A DNA stretch of 64,000 nucleotides, taken from contig JAHRHZ010000022.1 of the NCBI GenBank assembly GCA_024137785.1, positions 27,890,377-27,954,376 of the forward strand. The letters run 5' to 3'. Below are positions 51,026-61,952 of this stretch, piece after piece; positions within the stretch are counted from its first letter, which is position 1; every line of letters begins with the position of its first letter. The notes beneath the pieces are model-generated. The model saw only the letters and a program-made list of their open reading frames with translations. It was not told the origin of the DNA and did not search any database. The translations under genes and the position numbers were made by a program. This stretch comes from Ginglymostoma cirratum (taxonomy: Eukaryota).

Positions 51026-51474
51026 GAATTAGATTTTTTTCTCCTTACATGACTAAGAAATAAGCACTTGTGAAGTTTCAGCTAATGAATCTTAAGTTGT
51101 TCATGACTTTTTCATTAATAGGATTTAGATATCACAGGTTTGGCCTGCATTTATTGCTCATCTCTAATTGCCCTTGAGAATTTGGTGTAGACATGCAGGA
51201 TGTAGACCCCTGCGACAATAAAATAATGCTGCTATAGTTCCCAGTTAGTATTGACTTAGAGGGGAGCTTCTGGCTGGTGGTGTTCCCAAGTATGTGTTCC
51301 TCCTTGTACTTTTACCTGGTAGAGTTCGGAGGTTTGGTATGTACCGTCAAAGGAGCCTTTGTGAGTGGTTCAATGTGCTGCGATCCCCACAGATGTTGTT
51401 ATTGGACAAGTCCGATCCCAGACTGAAATCTGACTTGAGAGATCGTACATTATTTTTGTTTTGGCTTTAACGAG

Positions 51475-52335
51475 GTGGTCATCTTTCAAGATTCTATAGA
51501 TTCTGGAATTGTTCTGATGGATTGGAAGGTAGCTAATGTAATCCACTATATAAAAACGGAGGTGAGAGAAAACAGAATTATTGACTGATTAGCCTGACAT
51601 TGATAGGAAAATTGCTAGAGCATGTTATCAAGGGTTTAATAGAGCGCTTGGAAACTAGTGACCATATTAAACAGAGTCAGCATAATTTTATGATGGAGAA
51701 ATCATGCTTGACAAATTTGCCATAAATTTTGGATTTAACTCAGAACTGATGGGTGGGAACAGTTGATGTAGTTTAATTGGCTTTTGGTAAGGTCCCACAT
51801 AAGAGAATATTGCATTCAATTCTGGTCGCCACACTACAAGAAGGATGTGGAGGCTTTGGAGAAGGTGCAGATGAGGTTTATTAGGATACTGCCTCATTTA
51901 GAGGGTGTGAGCTGTATAAGGGGAAACTGGACAATCTATGATTTTTTTCCTGAAGTGGTGGAGGCTGAGGAAACCTGAGAAGTTTATAAAATTGAGAGGC
52001 ATAGATAGGGTTAATATTCAGAATCTTTTCCCCAGAGTTGAAATGTCTCATATTAGAGGGTGTGCATTTTAGGTAAGGGGGGGGAAAATTTGAAGGAGAT
52101 GAGGGGCAAGTCTTTTTACTCAGTGGTAGGTGCTTACAGTGTGCTGCCAGGGTAGTACTGGGGGCAGATATGATAGGGATGTTTAAGGGGTTTTTAGATA
52201 AGTACATGAATAAACAAGAAATGGAGGGATATGGATGATTGTCATGCAGAAGGGACTAGTTCAACTTGGTGTCATGTTTGGCACAACATCGTGGACTGAA
52301 GGGTCTGTGCCTATGCTGTGCTGTTTTATGTTCTA
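51475..52335 (+). mobile_element. CR1 RT fragment joined to a CR1 3' end
   Basis: gattggaaggtagctaatgta (DWKVANV); ORF 51784 EYCIQFWSPHYKKDVEALEKVQMRFIRILP; tail gggtctgtgcctatgctgtg. Confidence 0.85.
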
Positions 52336-52454
52336 CAATTATGGACAATTTTTTTTTTACAAACTCCTCTTTAGCAACTGCTCAGAGTGGAATCTTGCTC
52401 TTTGTTTTGAATCTTTTTCAGGAGGAATGCATTGGATTGGGAGTAGTGTACTAA

Positions 52455-52560
52455 ATATAGAATTGTCTGAAGAAATATCTGACTTGAAATGTTAACACTT
52501 TCACCCCTCCTCCATAAATGCTGCCAGACTAGCTGAATTTCTCCAGCACTTAGTTCTCTG
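52455..52560 (+). mobile_element. Old Penelope-like terminal unit
   Basis: tctgaagaa..gacttgaaatgttaac..atgctgccagactagctgaatttctccagcac. Confidence 0.55.
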
Positions 52561-52564
52561 TGAA

Positions 52565-53607
52565 CAAACAAAAACAGGTTGGCAGACAGAAAACGAAGAA
52601 TAGGAATAAATGAGTCTGTTTGAGTGGCAGACGCTGATTATTGAGATAATACAGGGATCAGAGCTTTAGGCCATAGATATTCACACTATATATTAATGAT
52701 TTAGATAAGGGAACTAAAGGTAATATCTCCAAGTTTGCAGACTTGCCAAAGTGGATCAAAAGGTGAACTGTGGAGAACACTTGCAGTAGCTCAGTATGAT
52801 TTGGACATTTTGAACAAGTAAGAAATGCATGGCAGCTGAAGTATAATGTGGATAAATGTGAGGTTATCCAATTTGGTAGCAAAAACAGGAAGATAATAAT
52901 TGTGAATGGCAGTAGATTGGGAGAGGGGAAGGTGCAATGAGACCTGGGTTTTCTTATGCACCTGTTGCTGAAATTAAGTGTGCAGGTGCAGCAGGCAAAG
53001 AAACCAAATGGTATATTGGCCTACGTGGTGTGAGATTTTGAGTACAGGACCAGGGATGCCTTGCTGCAGTTGTACAGTGTGAGACCACAACTGTGACCTC
53101 CATATCTGAGGAAAGATGTTCTAATGATGGAGGGAGCGCAACTGAGGTTTCACAGCCTGATTTCTGGGATGGTGGGAGTGACTTCTGAAGAGAGACTGGA
53201 TTGCTTAGGACCATTTTGAAGTTTAGAGGAATGAGGGACCATTTCAAGGGAAACCTATAAAATTCTAACAGGACTAGATAGGGTAAACACAGGAAGGATG
53301 TTTCCAACGACCGGTGGGTCCAGAATAGGAGTCAGTCTAAAGATATGGGAAAAGCCATTTAGGACTGACATGGAGAAATTCTTCGCCCTGAAAGTATTGA
53401 GTATGTGGACTTATTTACCACAAAGCATTGAGGCCAAAACATGGATTCCTTGAACCTTAAAAACTACATATAACTGCTTGAAAACATTCAAAGGTTTGCA
53501 AAGAAAACAGGGAAAGAGTACTGAGTTGATCAACCATGATCATAGCGATGAAGAAGCAGGCTTGAAGAGCTGAATTACCTACGTGTCCTATTTTCTATGT
53601 TTCTATG
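52565..53607 (+). mobile_element. CR1 LINE 3' half
   Basis: atatattaatgatttagat..tccaagtttgcagac (YINDLD..SKFAD) through the tail ttttctatgtttctatg. Confidence 0.85.
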
Positions 53608-54564
53608 AAGCACCAACATGCAGATTTAACAATAAAAGAGAAGTTAGAGTAAAGGAAGTAAAGATGTAATAACAAACAAGACTATTTACTTATAACACAA
53701 ACCTAAAGATTTTGAAACTCTCAAATGCAATCCCATTAATCCCAAAAGCACTGGTTTATGTATCCTAAAAGTACCTCTTGTAAAGTGCTCAGAGAAAATT
53801 GCCCGTCTAACACCACTGTAAACATAATTTAACTGTGACTTTTGCTCACGGTTTGCAAAATGTGGTAGCCCCTTCCTGGTACTTTTATATACCTGAACTT
53901 AAATTTTCTCAGCATCAATCAAACTCTTCAGGGTTTTATCCAAATACCCCTTGACTGGTGCTATTACTGAACTCCTTATGCTGAGGTAATCTACGGTTAA
54001 CAAATCTAGTTATCTTCTCCCTCTCTCAGCAGTAACTGTTTTGCACATTCATCTTCCAAGACTTGAAAGGGCCCCGAACTGAAACTGAAAAATAAACTAC
54101 TTTACCCAAAAAAAAATCAGAAAATACCACCTGAAAGCTTAAGATCTATGTCTGTGAACCTTGTTTGTTGCAAACTCTCCCAATGTAAACAAAAATCCAT
54201 TAGTCTTGCAGGCTACCTCTTTCAAACTTTAAAGAAAATACCATGGTTATAGAAGTACTTGCAAGTTAACCATTAAACCCTTCAGACACACCAAAAAGCC
54301 TCTATGTCCCTAATTTAAAATTTAAAAATCCAACTTAACGAATATTAAAATTATATAATTTACCCTATATAACAAGTCCACCTTGTGGGTTGTACCCAAC
54401 ACTAATGTGTTGGATGGGGAATAGACAGAGTTTGAAGGTGTTAATTGACTTGCCACTCAACTTGGCTGATTTTTATTTTTCTGGATGATGTCAAGCTTCT
54501 TGATTGTTATAACTGCACTCATTCAGGCAAGTGGAGAGTATTTCATCATCACTCCTTACTTGAG

Positions 54565-55365
54565 GATTAACTAACCAGCAGAAAACAGTCAAGATAAATG
54601 TGTCTTTTGCTGGTTGGTAACATGCAACTAGTGAGGTGCCGCAGGTTTCGGGCCTTTGGCCCAACTGTATAAAATCTGTGTTAATTACTTTTTGTGGGGA
54701 TGGAAAGTAATATAGCTAAGTTTGCAGATGCTGTTAAAATAGACGGAAAGTAAGTAGCAATGAAGAAATAAGAAATTTACAAATGGATATGGGTAGCTTA
54801 GGTGAATGGGCTAAAATTTGGCAGGTGGAAATTTAATGTGGATTCCAGAGGTAAGGTTCCTTTCTTGAGGGAAAGAGCAATTAAGGCTTATATCCTGTGA
54901 CGTTTAGAAGAATGAGAAGAGATCTGATTGAAGTACATAAGATGCTAAAGGGGATTGACAAAATCATTAAAAAGGATGCTTCCTTACGGGGCAATCTTGA
55001 GAGTCTTGGTTTTAGGATAAGGAGTAGCAGATTTAAAAACAAGGAGAAATCTAAACAATTCATGACCCCAAAGTATGGTGGATGCTGGGACATTAAGGTT
55101 AAAGAAGAGATCAGATACATTAATCAGTAATAGTTTGAAGGGTATCTGGCAGGAAAGTGGAGTTGAGGCCGAGATGAGATCAACCAGTTCTGAAGAAGGG
55201 TAATTGACCCTGTAACATTAACCGTGCTTTCTCTTGAGCCGTTGTCAGATCTCCTGAGTTTCTCTATCTGTTTCTGTTTTTGTTGAATGAGATCAGCCGT
55301 GATTATGTCAAAATGGCAGGGCAGGCTCAAGGGGCTGAATTGCGGTTTCTGTTCCATGTTGTTAT
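54565..55365 (+). mobile_element. Degraded CR1 LINE 3' half
   Basis: gtgccgcagg (VPQG), gctaagtttgcagatg (AKFAD), ORF 54897 RRMRRDLIEVHKMLKGID, tail ggctcaaggggctgaattg. Confidence 0.8.
55186..55286 (+). mobile_element. Penelope-like terminal unit in a CR1 tail, 12-bp target duplication
   Basis: agttctgaagaagggtaattgaccc..tttctgtttttgtt; flanks atgagatcaacc (55174-85) and atgagatcagcc (55287-98). Confidence 0.7.
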
Positions 55366-57008
55366 ATTGAAGATGGTGAACAAGCACTGGGGAGCCAAGA
55401 GGTAAGTAACTTGCAGAATTCCCATCCTCTGACCTGTTCTTGTGGCAATGGTATTTATGTGGTCGTTGCAGTTTCTGGTCAACAGTAACCCCAGGATGAT
55501 GATAATGGAGGATTATTCAGCATTGATTGTGCTTTTGAATTTCAAGGGACAATGATTGGATTCTGTATTATTGAGATGGTCATTTCCTGACATTGGTGTG
55601 GTATGCATCCTACTTGCCACTTAACTCAAACTTGAATCTTTTGCAGTTCTTGATACACTTGGACATGTACAGTTTCAATATCTGAGCAGTTGTGAATGCT
55701 GTTGAACATTCAAATCATCAGCACACATCCTCACATTGACTTTTGGATGGAGGAAAGATCGATTATGAAGCAGCTGATGATGTTCAGGCCTGTGATGACA
55801 TTTGGTTGACATGGTTCATCTTTAGTGGCCAGAAAAATCTATCTTTGTTTTATGACTATAACCAATGGAGAGTTTCTTATTGACTCCAGTTTTGCTGGGG
55901 CTGGTATTAATTTGGAAAGGCTGACTTTGTAATCTGGTCATGGGCTGCATATCATTTCAGTTGAAGTTTCACTTTTATCTATTTCTGCATAATTTTCCGA
56001 AGATTTCATGACTTTTGTGACATTACTTATGGAGCACACTAAAGTTTCTTTCCTCCCACTTTATTGAAATTTTGATGTTTCGTTCTTTTTACGGTATTGG
56101 AGCCATTAACATTTTCAGAAGCTGTTTAAAAGATCAGACTATGAGATCAATCATTCCTCCTTGTTCAGTAACTATTATGCACTGCTGGGAGCATCCTCTA
56201 GAATTAAAGAAGAGTTGTTAGAAATTTTGCAACTTTGATCGGTACCAGACTCTGCCTGGCTACATGTGTAATCATTCAATGATGCTGGATATGTGTGACA
56301 GATGGTGTCTGAATAAGAAGTCAAAAGGAACAAATACACGACAGTTGAAGATTATGTCTCCTATTAAGAAAATTAAGAAAAAAGCGCAAACTTGGGTACT
56401 GTTCGTCAGTAGCTTTCATTGCTGTGCAAAGTTACTCTAATATCAGCGACTGGCATCTGTTTCTGTGACATACTTAATGGAGTGTGATGGTGTTCACTCC
56501 TGTTGCTGCCGCCTCTCAATTTTCACACTGAAAGAGCTGTTTTTAATGCTTTTCACTCAATCAGTTTTATAAGCTTTGTGTAACTGTAAAAATGCCTCAC
56601 GTGTCCTGTGGAGTTGCAATGTGAATAAGCCACATTTGCTATTCTTCCAACAGTCTTGTAACCAACACTGCAAAAATAAATTAACTTGTTTCGGTTTTGT
56701 CAGAACCTATAGTCAAAATAACTGCGGTAGTGACTTGTGTTGATAACAGGAAAAGCCCTTGTGTATTTCATTGATATTCAGAGCTCCAATTTAGTGGTTA
56801 ATGATGTTGGAAAATGCTCAATTTCTATTATATCTATTTCTCCCCATTGCTAGTTACAGTCATTAATAACTTAACAGAACTACCACTATATTCAAGTTTA
56901 AAGTGATACATAAAAAGTACAAGCAGTTGGTGAATCTCAGCAGTTGGCTTTGCCTTTTTCCTGGTTGCATTTAGAAAGCAGTGGGAAGGAGTAGGAGAAA
57001 GCAAACGT

Positions 57009-57125
57009 AGGAGGCTCTTGTGGTGCAGTGGCAGTGTCCCTCCTTCTCAGCAGGAACCTTGGGTTCAAGCCCATGTGCTCCAGAGATGTTAAATAACATC
57101 CTTGAACTGGTTGGCTTAAAAAAAA
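57009..57125 (+). mobile_element. ~110-bp tRNA-derived SINE
   Basis: ggctcttgtggtgcagtggcagtgtccct..gggttcaagccc..taacatccttgaactggttgg. Confidence 0.75.
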
Positions 57126-57509
57126 TTCAGCAAACAACTTTTGCTTAATTTCATGTTCACTGCTCTTAAAAGAAATACAGTAATATATGCAGAGGACTAG
57201 TGTGTGCCAACTTTGAAATGGAGTAAGTAAAGATCTGACTGGCACAAATGTTGCAGTCAAAATGTAAACTGAGAATGTGATTGTTATTACTAGGGTTCAG
57301 GAAAACCAAATTCTGGGAAATCGGTTGTCAGCAAGTCCGATATTGATCGTCCATCTTTGGAACTCAGGGTCAAGTCTAGGCTGTTTGGGTTCTTGAGAAA
57401 TGATGGTGGTCGATTAGAATTCCTCAGAATTTCCCACATGGATATCCAAGACACCCGGAAAAGGTAAAATGACTTTCAGGGTCGATACAGTAACAATACT
57501 GAAATATAT

Positions 57510-57860
57510 TCTTATCAGGAAAGGCTGAAGAAGTTGGGATTCAATGGTCTGTCATCAACAAAAGACTGATAAGTGGTTGAATGGAGATTTTTGAAATTAT
57601 GAAGGGGTTTTATAGAATGGCTGTACAGATTTACCACAAATTTGGGGAGACCAAAACCAGAGGAGGTAAATATAATTTAATAAATCTATTTATCAGTTTA
57701 GGAGGAAATTTCTTTCTTAGTGAGAATGTGAAAACCTCTGCCATATGGAATATTTGAGAACAGCATGAATGCATTTGAAAGGTTTTTGGGCCTTAAAAAA
57801 AGTCATATTTGAAAGGGTATGGTGAAAAGGGCTGGAAGAAGGCTCGTGACTCATAAATAA
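57510..57860 (+). mobile_element. Old CR1 3' fragment
   Basis: ttttgaaattatgaaggggtttt..ggagaccaaaaccagagg..aatgcatttgaaagg. Confidence 0.5.
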
Positions 57861-58369
57861 CAGTACAGTATTGATTGTTAAGCCATTTGCTCTTTTTGTG
57901 CCCTTAAAAACAATGCAGATACGTTGCGTTGATTGGTGCAGTGAAGCCTGACCCTGATTAGTTTTACAATCAAAGCTTTGGAAACCAAAGAAGCAATACC
58001 CACGTTCAATCAAAAGTCAAGAAAATATTATAGAAGTGGTTTTTTGCATTATATGCAGTTGTATTTAAAGGTAGCTTAACGTTTGTATCACACTCTTTTG
58101 TGCTTAACTTTAGCCTTCAGGGATAAAATAAACTTTGTATCTGCATTCATTTGCTAGTGTTATTGTTTTTACTTAGTTTTTGAATTTGTCACTGGTTATG
58201 TAGATTATAGCTGATTGCTGTGAAATAGATTTTCAGATGTGTGGTCAAGCATCTCTTCCAGAGACATGGTTCATGGCTCAAAATGCAACAAGAATTGATT
58301 TCGTAGTGACCAGTTGTTTAATTTCTGAATATTTAAGTATGTTCTAAATGTTATGTACTGATAGAGTAG

Positions 58370-58475
58370 TTCTCAACCTCTTCCCCATGTTTGAGGCATG
58401 GTGACCTTCAGGTTAAACCACCACCAGTTGTCTGAGAGCAGCCATATAGTCTGGTAGGACTATGGAGACTGCTTT
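58370..58475 (+). mobile_element. tRNA-SINE 3' part
   Basis: tgaggcatggtgaccttcaggttaaaccaccaccagt..ggactatgg, matching 18041-18160 in reverse. Confidence 0.7.
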
Positions 58476-59339
58476 TTGTACTATTGAACTGGAAAAAAAT
58501 GTCATTATAGCAACAGCACATCATAATACATCAAAACAAGATCTTTTGGACCATTTAACTGTGGCATAGTGCAATGGCACTTATTAAATGTGTTTGTAGA
58601 AGTCTTGAATAGGTTACTCCATCTTTCCATTTCCCACTGAAAAGGTTTCCATTCACTGACATGATTGTTTGAATCAGTTTTACAGCATCATAGGTGCAAG
58701 TCTCCCAGAGCCCAAGCTAGAAATGTATTGTTAAAATGATGTTTTCCAGTAGTATCTTGGTCAAGCTTTACATATAAATAGGGAGGACAAAATAGAAAAT
58801 AAACTTTTCTACAAGTTGTTAGAATCTTTTAACGATGTTGCAGTATGATTAATTCCCATCTAGATGTGTTTGAGGTTTGGTGGAGTGTAGCCAAGTCACT
58901 ATAAGTGGAGCCTTTATGAAGATGTTGTACAATCTCAAGCTCTCAAAAAGCAAAAATCGTGATATTTGCCACTATGGCATTGTATCTCAGCTGCTTTGTA
59001 AATTATTGTAACCTCCTTTTTACCTTGTACAGTGATGTTAGCTTTGCTTATGTTAAAGAATTTTAATGCTCCTAACAAAAAGGAGCATTTTGCTACAATG
59101 GGACCAAACGTGGCACCTGTGGAGCACTAGTATTTTGAAAATTATGCTTTGTGAAATACGAGTGGCTGCCTGTTCTCTGTAGGAAGTGAGGTTTGTTTTA
59201 TGGAATTTTATCAGTACAAGTACAATGCGGTTTAAAAAAAAATTCTACTATTGGTGTGTGGTTTTCAAGTCACGTTCTACAAAAACAAAAAATAAAAAAA
59301 ATCATAATTTACATGACCACTGGGCCTAAAAGCAGATTC

Positions 59340-59723
59340 AACCACTGAAATGGTAGTCTTCTGAAATGTAGTTGTTATTGTAATACAGTAATCGTGGCAG
59401 CTGATACATATGCAGCAAACTTTTAAGAGCAGCAAAGTGATAATGATTAGTTTTTTTTATGATATTCTTTGAGGGATAAATATTGGCCAGAACACACAGG
59501 ATGAACTCTCCTGTTCTTTTTTGAAATTGTACCTTAGAATCTTCTGCATCTCGCAAAGCAGGAATGTTAGACCTCAGTTTAATGTATCATTTGAAAGGTG
59601 ACACTTTGGAGAGTGACAGTCCCTTAGTGTTGCAGTGGAATATTATATTCCTGCACTGGAGTGAAACTTGAACCTGGAATTGTGTATTTTGGATTCAAGT
59701 GCTATCAACTGAGTCACAGCTGA
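59340..59723 (-). mobile_element. Deu-domain SINE (SacSINE1/AmnSINE1-like), near complete
   Basis: gagggataaatattggccagaacac..gaactctcctgttctt is the reverse Deu-domain core; tRNA-like head ending tcaactgagtcacagctga. Confidence 0.8.
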
Positions 59724-59864
59724 TGTTACTGTTCATGTTTGTTTTTGCTGCAGACATTGGGACATTTTCATGTGGCAAATTCATACCCACCAATCTATCT
59801 CTACCTAAGCATCAATCCAATTAAGATTCTTTAATGGCTCATTTCTGGTCCCTTGGATAAATTT

Positions 59865-60415
59865 AAAAGCAAAACGGTATAGGTGCTGGCAGTTCTCAAC
59901 AGGTCTGTGACCATCAGTGGAGAGAAAACAGTTCAAATTTCAGGCTTTGATCTTTCATAAGGAGTGGGTAAAGTTAAAAATGTCATGACTTTTTAAGGAG
60001 TTTAAAGGGGAAGGGTGGAAAATGGACAAGAGAAAACCTGTTCTGGGCAGAAGATAGGAGACATTTAATTACAGAAAGGTTGGTGGGGCTAAACCCAGGG
60101 GAGCAGTAATTGAATTTTTTTTTTAAAGTGCTGAGATGAGAGATGAATGGCAGATGGACCAAAATTGATGCACGCAGAGAAAAGCAAACAGTGGTGGAAC
60201 AGAGTTTTGGTCAACTGTCTAACTCCATCTTCAGCCCAAAAGGCTGGCAAGTGCCTAATTGAAAGATAAGGTGCTGATCCTTGAGCTTGCATTAAACTGC
60301 TTTGCAGCAGCACTTTAGTAGGCAGAGGACAGAGATGTCAGCCTGAGAGAAAGGTGGAGAGTTAAAATGGCAAGTCTTCAGGTCGTATTTGTGTATTGAC
60401 TTGATGTGTTCTGCG
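59865..60415 (-). mobile_element. Old Penelope-like fragment (GIY-YIG C-terminus and terminal unit)
   Basis: Reverse of 60240-60415 gives EHIKSI..CHFNSPP..DISVLCLL..KLKDQHLIFQLGT; decayed terminal unit at 59865-59965. Confidence 0.65.
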
Positions 60416-60689
60416 TATATGTATTGTCCCATATATGACCTTTCATTTCTCTAGTGACAGTGCTTATGCCCTCTACTTGTCAGATACTCTAGACAGGGAT
60501 TTGACATTTACTGATATGTGCTGTTGATGCCAAAACTGAGTGTGCTATTGATGGAATTAAATATTTGTCATTACAAGTTATGGTACTAGCCTCAGTATTT
60601 AAATGATTCCTTAGTATTTTCTTTGACTTAATGATATTTGCCAATGTGTTAGTTTTGTTTCTCATTTCTCTTTTGTATCAAAGTTTACT

Positions 60690-61220
60690 TTTTCTGTGGC
60701 TGCGGTGGAGGAAGGCAGTTGTGAGGCCCCGCTGAGGCAGCAGCGGCGTGCTGGATCCAAATGTCTGTTCCTTGTGGCCATGGCTTCATTGAAGGTTTCA
60801 TTGTTGGTGGGTCTGATCTGTTCCTCCTGGTTTGCGGCAATTTGTGTGGTGGCAGTATGGTGGTTCCAGTTCATTCCTTGCAGTTATGGCAGCAATGGGT
60901 AGCAACTAAAGTAGTGACGGTTTCAGCATTGGTGACTTGGTGGTCAAGTTTAAACCTCCTTGCTATGGCAGCAGTACCGTGGCTGTGGTTTCTGCTTTGG
61001 CAGTGGCAGAGTGCTGGATCTGGTCCAGAAATCATTGCCTGGCTGGTTTCGGTGCAGTGTCCCATAGCTGCTTCAGAGACCTAGGGGCTCTGGAGGGAAC
61101 AAAGGATGTCTTTTGTCGTAATTATTTCTTTTTATAATTTCTGTAATTAAAATGGTGCTGAATTGTGGTGACTTATACACATCTCACTGTAGTTTCATCA
61201 TTACAAATGACAATAAATCA
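60690..61220 (+). mobile_element. Non-autonomous repeat with GC-rich middle and L2/Rex-like tail
   Basis: Ends aaaatggtgctgaattgtggtgac..tcactgtag..ttacaaatgacaataaat. Confidence 0.6.
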
Positions 61221-61369
61221 CTATTCTACTCAAGTTTGTGGTTTCAAACCCCACTGCAGCCAGATGAGATGAATTTAGGCTAGTGCTTTAATGTAATTCT
61301 CAGCGAGTCCTGCGGTTGCTGTCTTATTTCAGTTGTGATGTTAAGTGGGCAGTCCCAATCTCTGGCTTG

Positions 61370-61952
61370 ACCATTTATGCTATTCTGAAAATATAACACA
61401 TGTCTTCAAGGTACAGTGACAAGTGTTTTGCTGCCACAATCCGGCGTCATTTTGAGCTACAAAAAGAATAAAAATCAATTGCTTCAGAGTTCATCTATTC
61501 TGATTAGGTCTGAAGCACAGTTCCAGGGCTTCAGCAAGGTCTCTAAAAGCTGTTCTGGTCCTCAAGGACCAACAACAACAACGCCGATGATGCCCCAGGA
61601 GACCCTGACTCTGCTACCACCTGAAACTGGCAGGAGTCCCGGCTCTGGGAACTGCTACCGCCAAGAGTCTAGGCCCCAGGCCTACTGCTGCCAAGATTCC
61701 AGGCTCTGGGCATACTGCCACCAGGAGTCTCCACTCTGGGCTTTGCTGAAAAGAGTCCAGGCTCTGGGCTCCATCAGCAGGAGTCCCAAACCGTACTGCA
61801 GACCTGCAGCCACTGCCCTGCCAACACCCCTCTGGCCTTGAAGATGAAGAAAGAAAAGAAAAAGACGATGACTATGAAAAGGATGCAGCTGGCCTGGAGT
61901 GGACAGGCTCTGACAAGCCTGAACACTACCTACTGTGCCAGTGTCACCATCC
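61370..61952 (-). mobile_element. Non-autonomous repeat (same family as 33123 and 60690) with an internal minisatellite
   Basis: Reverse contains aaaatgacgccggattgtggcagcaaaacacttgtcactgtac. Confidence 0.6.
61631..61787. repeat. Degenerate 28-31 bp minisatellite, about 5.5 units
   Basis: Units of consensus caRgagtccaggctctggg..ctgc start at 61631, 61662, 61692, 61722, 61750 and 61778. Confidence 0.8.

Larger units (their letters stand above)
51397..54374. mobile_element. Probable solo LTR (51397-~51475 and ~53608-54374) split by CR1 insertions
   Basis: Inverted termini TGTTAT..ATAACA sit where the family A LINE is interrupted and resumes. No target duplication recognised. Confidence 0.45.
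51115..55790 (-). mobile_element. Family A LINE broken into three pieces (51115-51380, 54375-54562, 55370-55790) by nested insertions
   Basis: The three pieces are collinear with the uninterrupted copy at 42120-42780. Confidence 0.7.

Noticed and set aside
61631-61787. ~30-bp periodic repeats resembling a CRISPR array, inside a 141-aa ORF (61416-61841)
   Set aside because: Units are adjacent and degenerate with no unique spacers and no cas genes, in a vertebrate intron; the ORF is a by-product of the GC-rich minisatellite.
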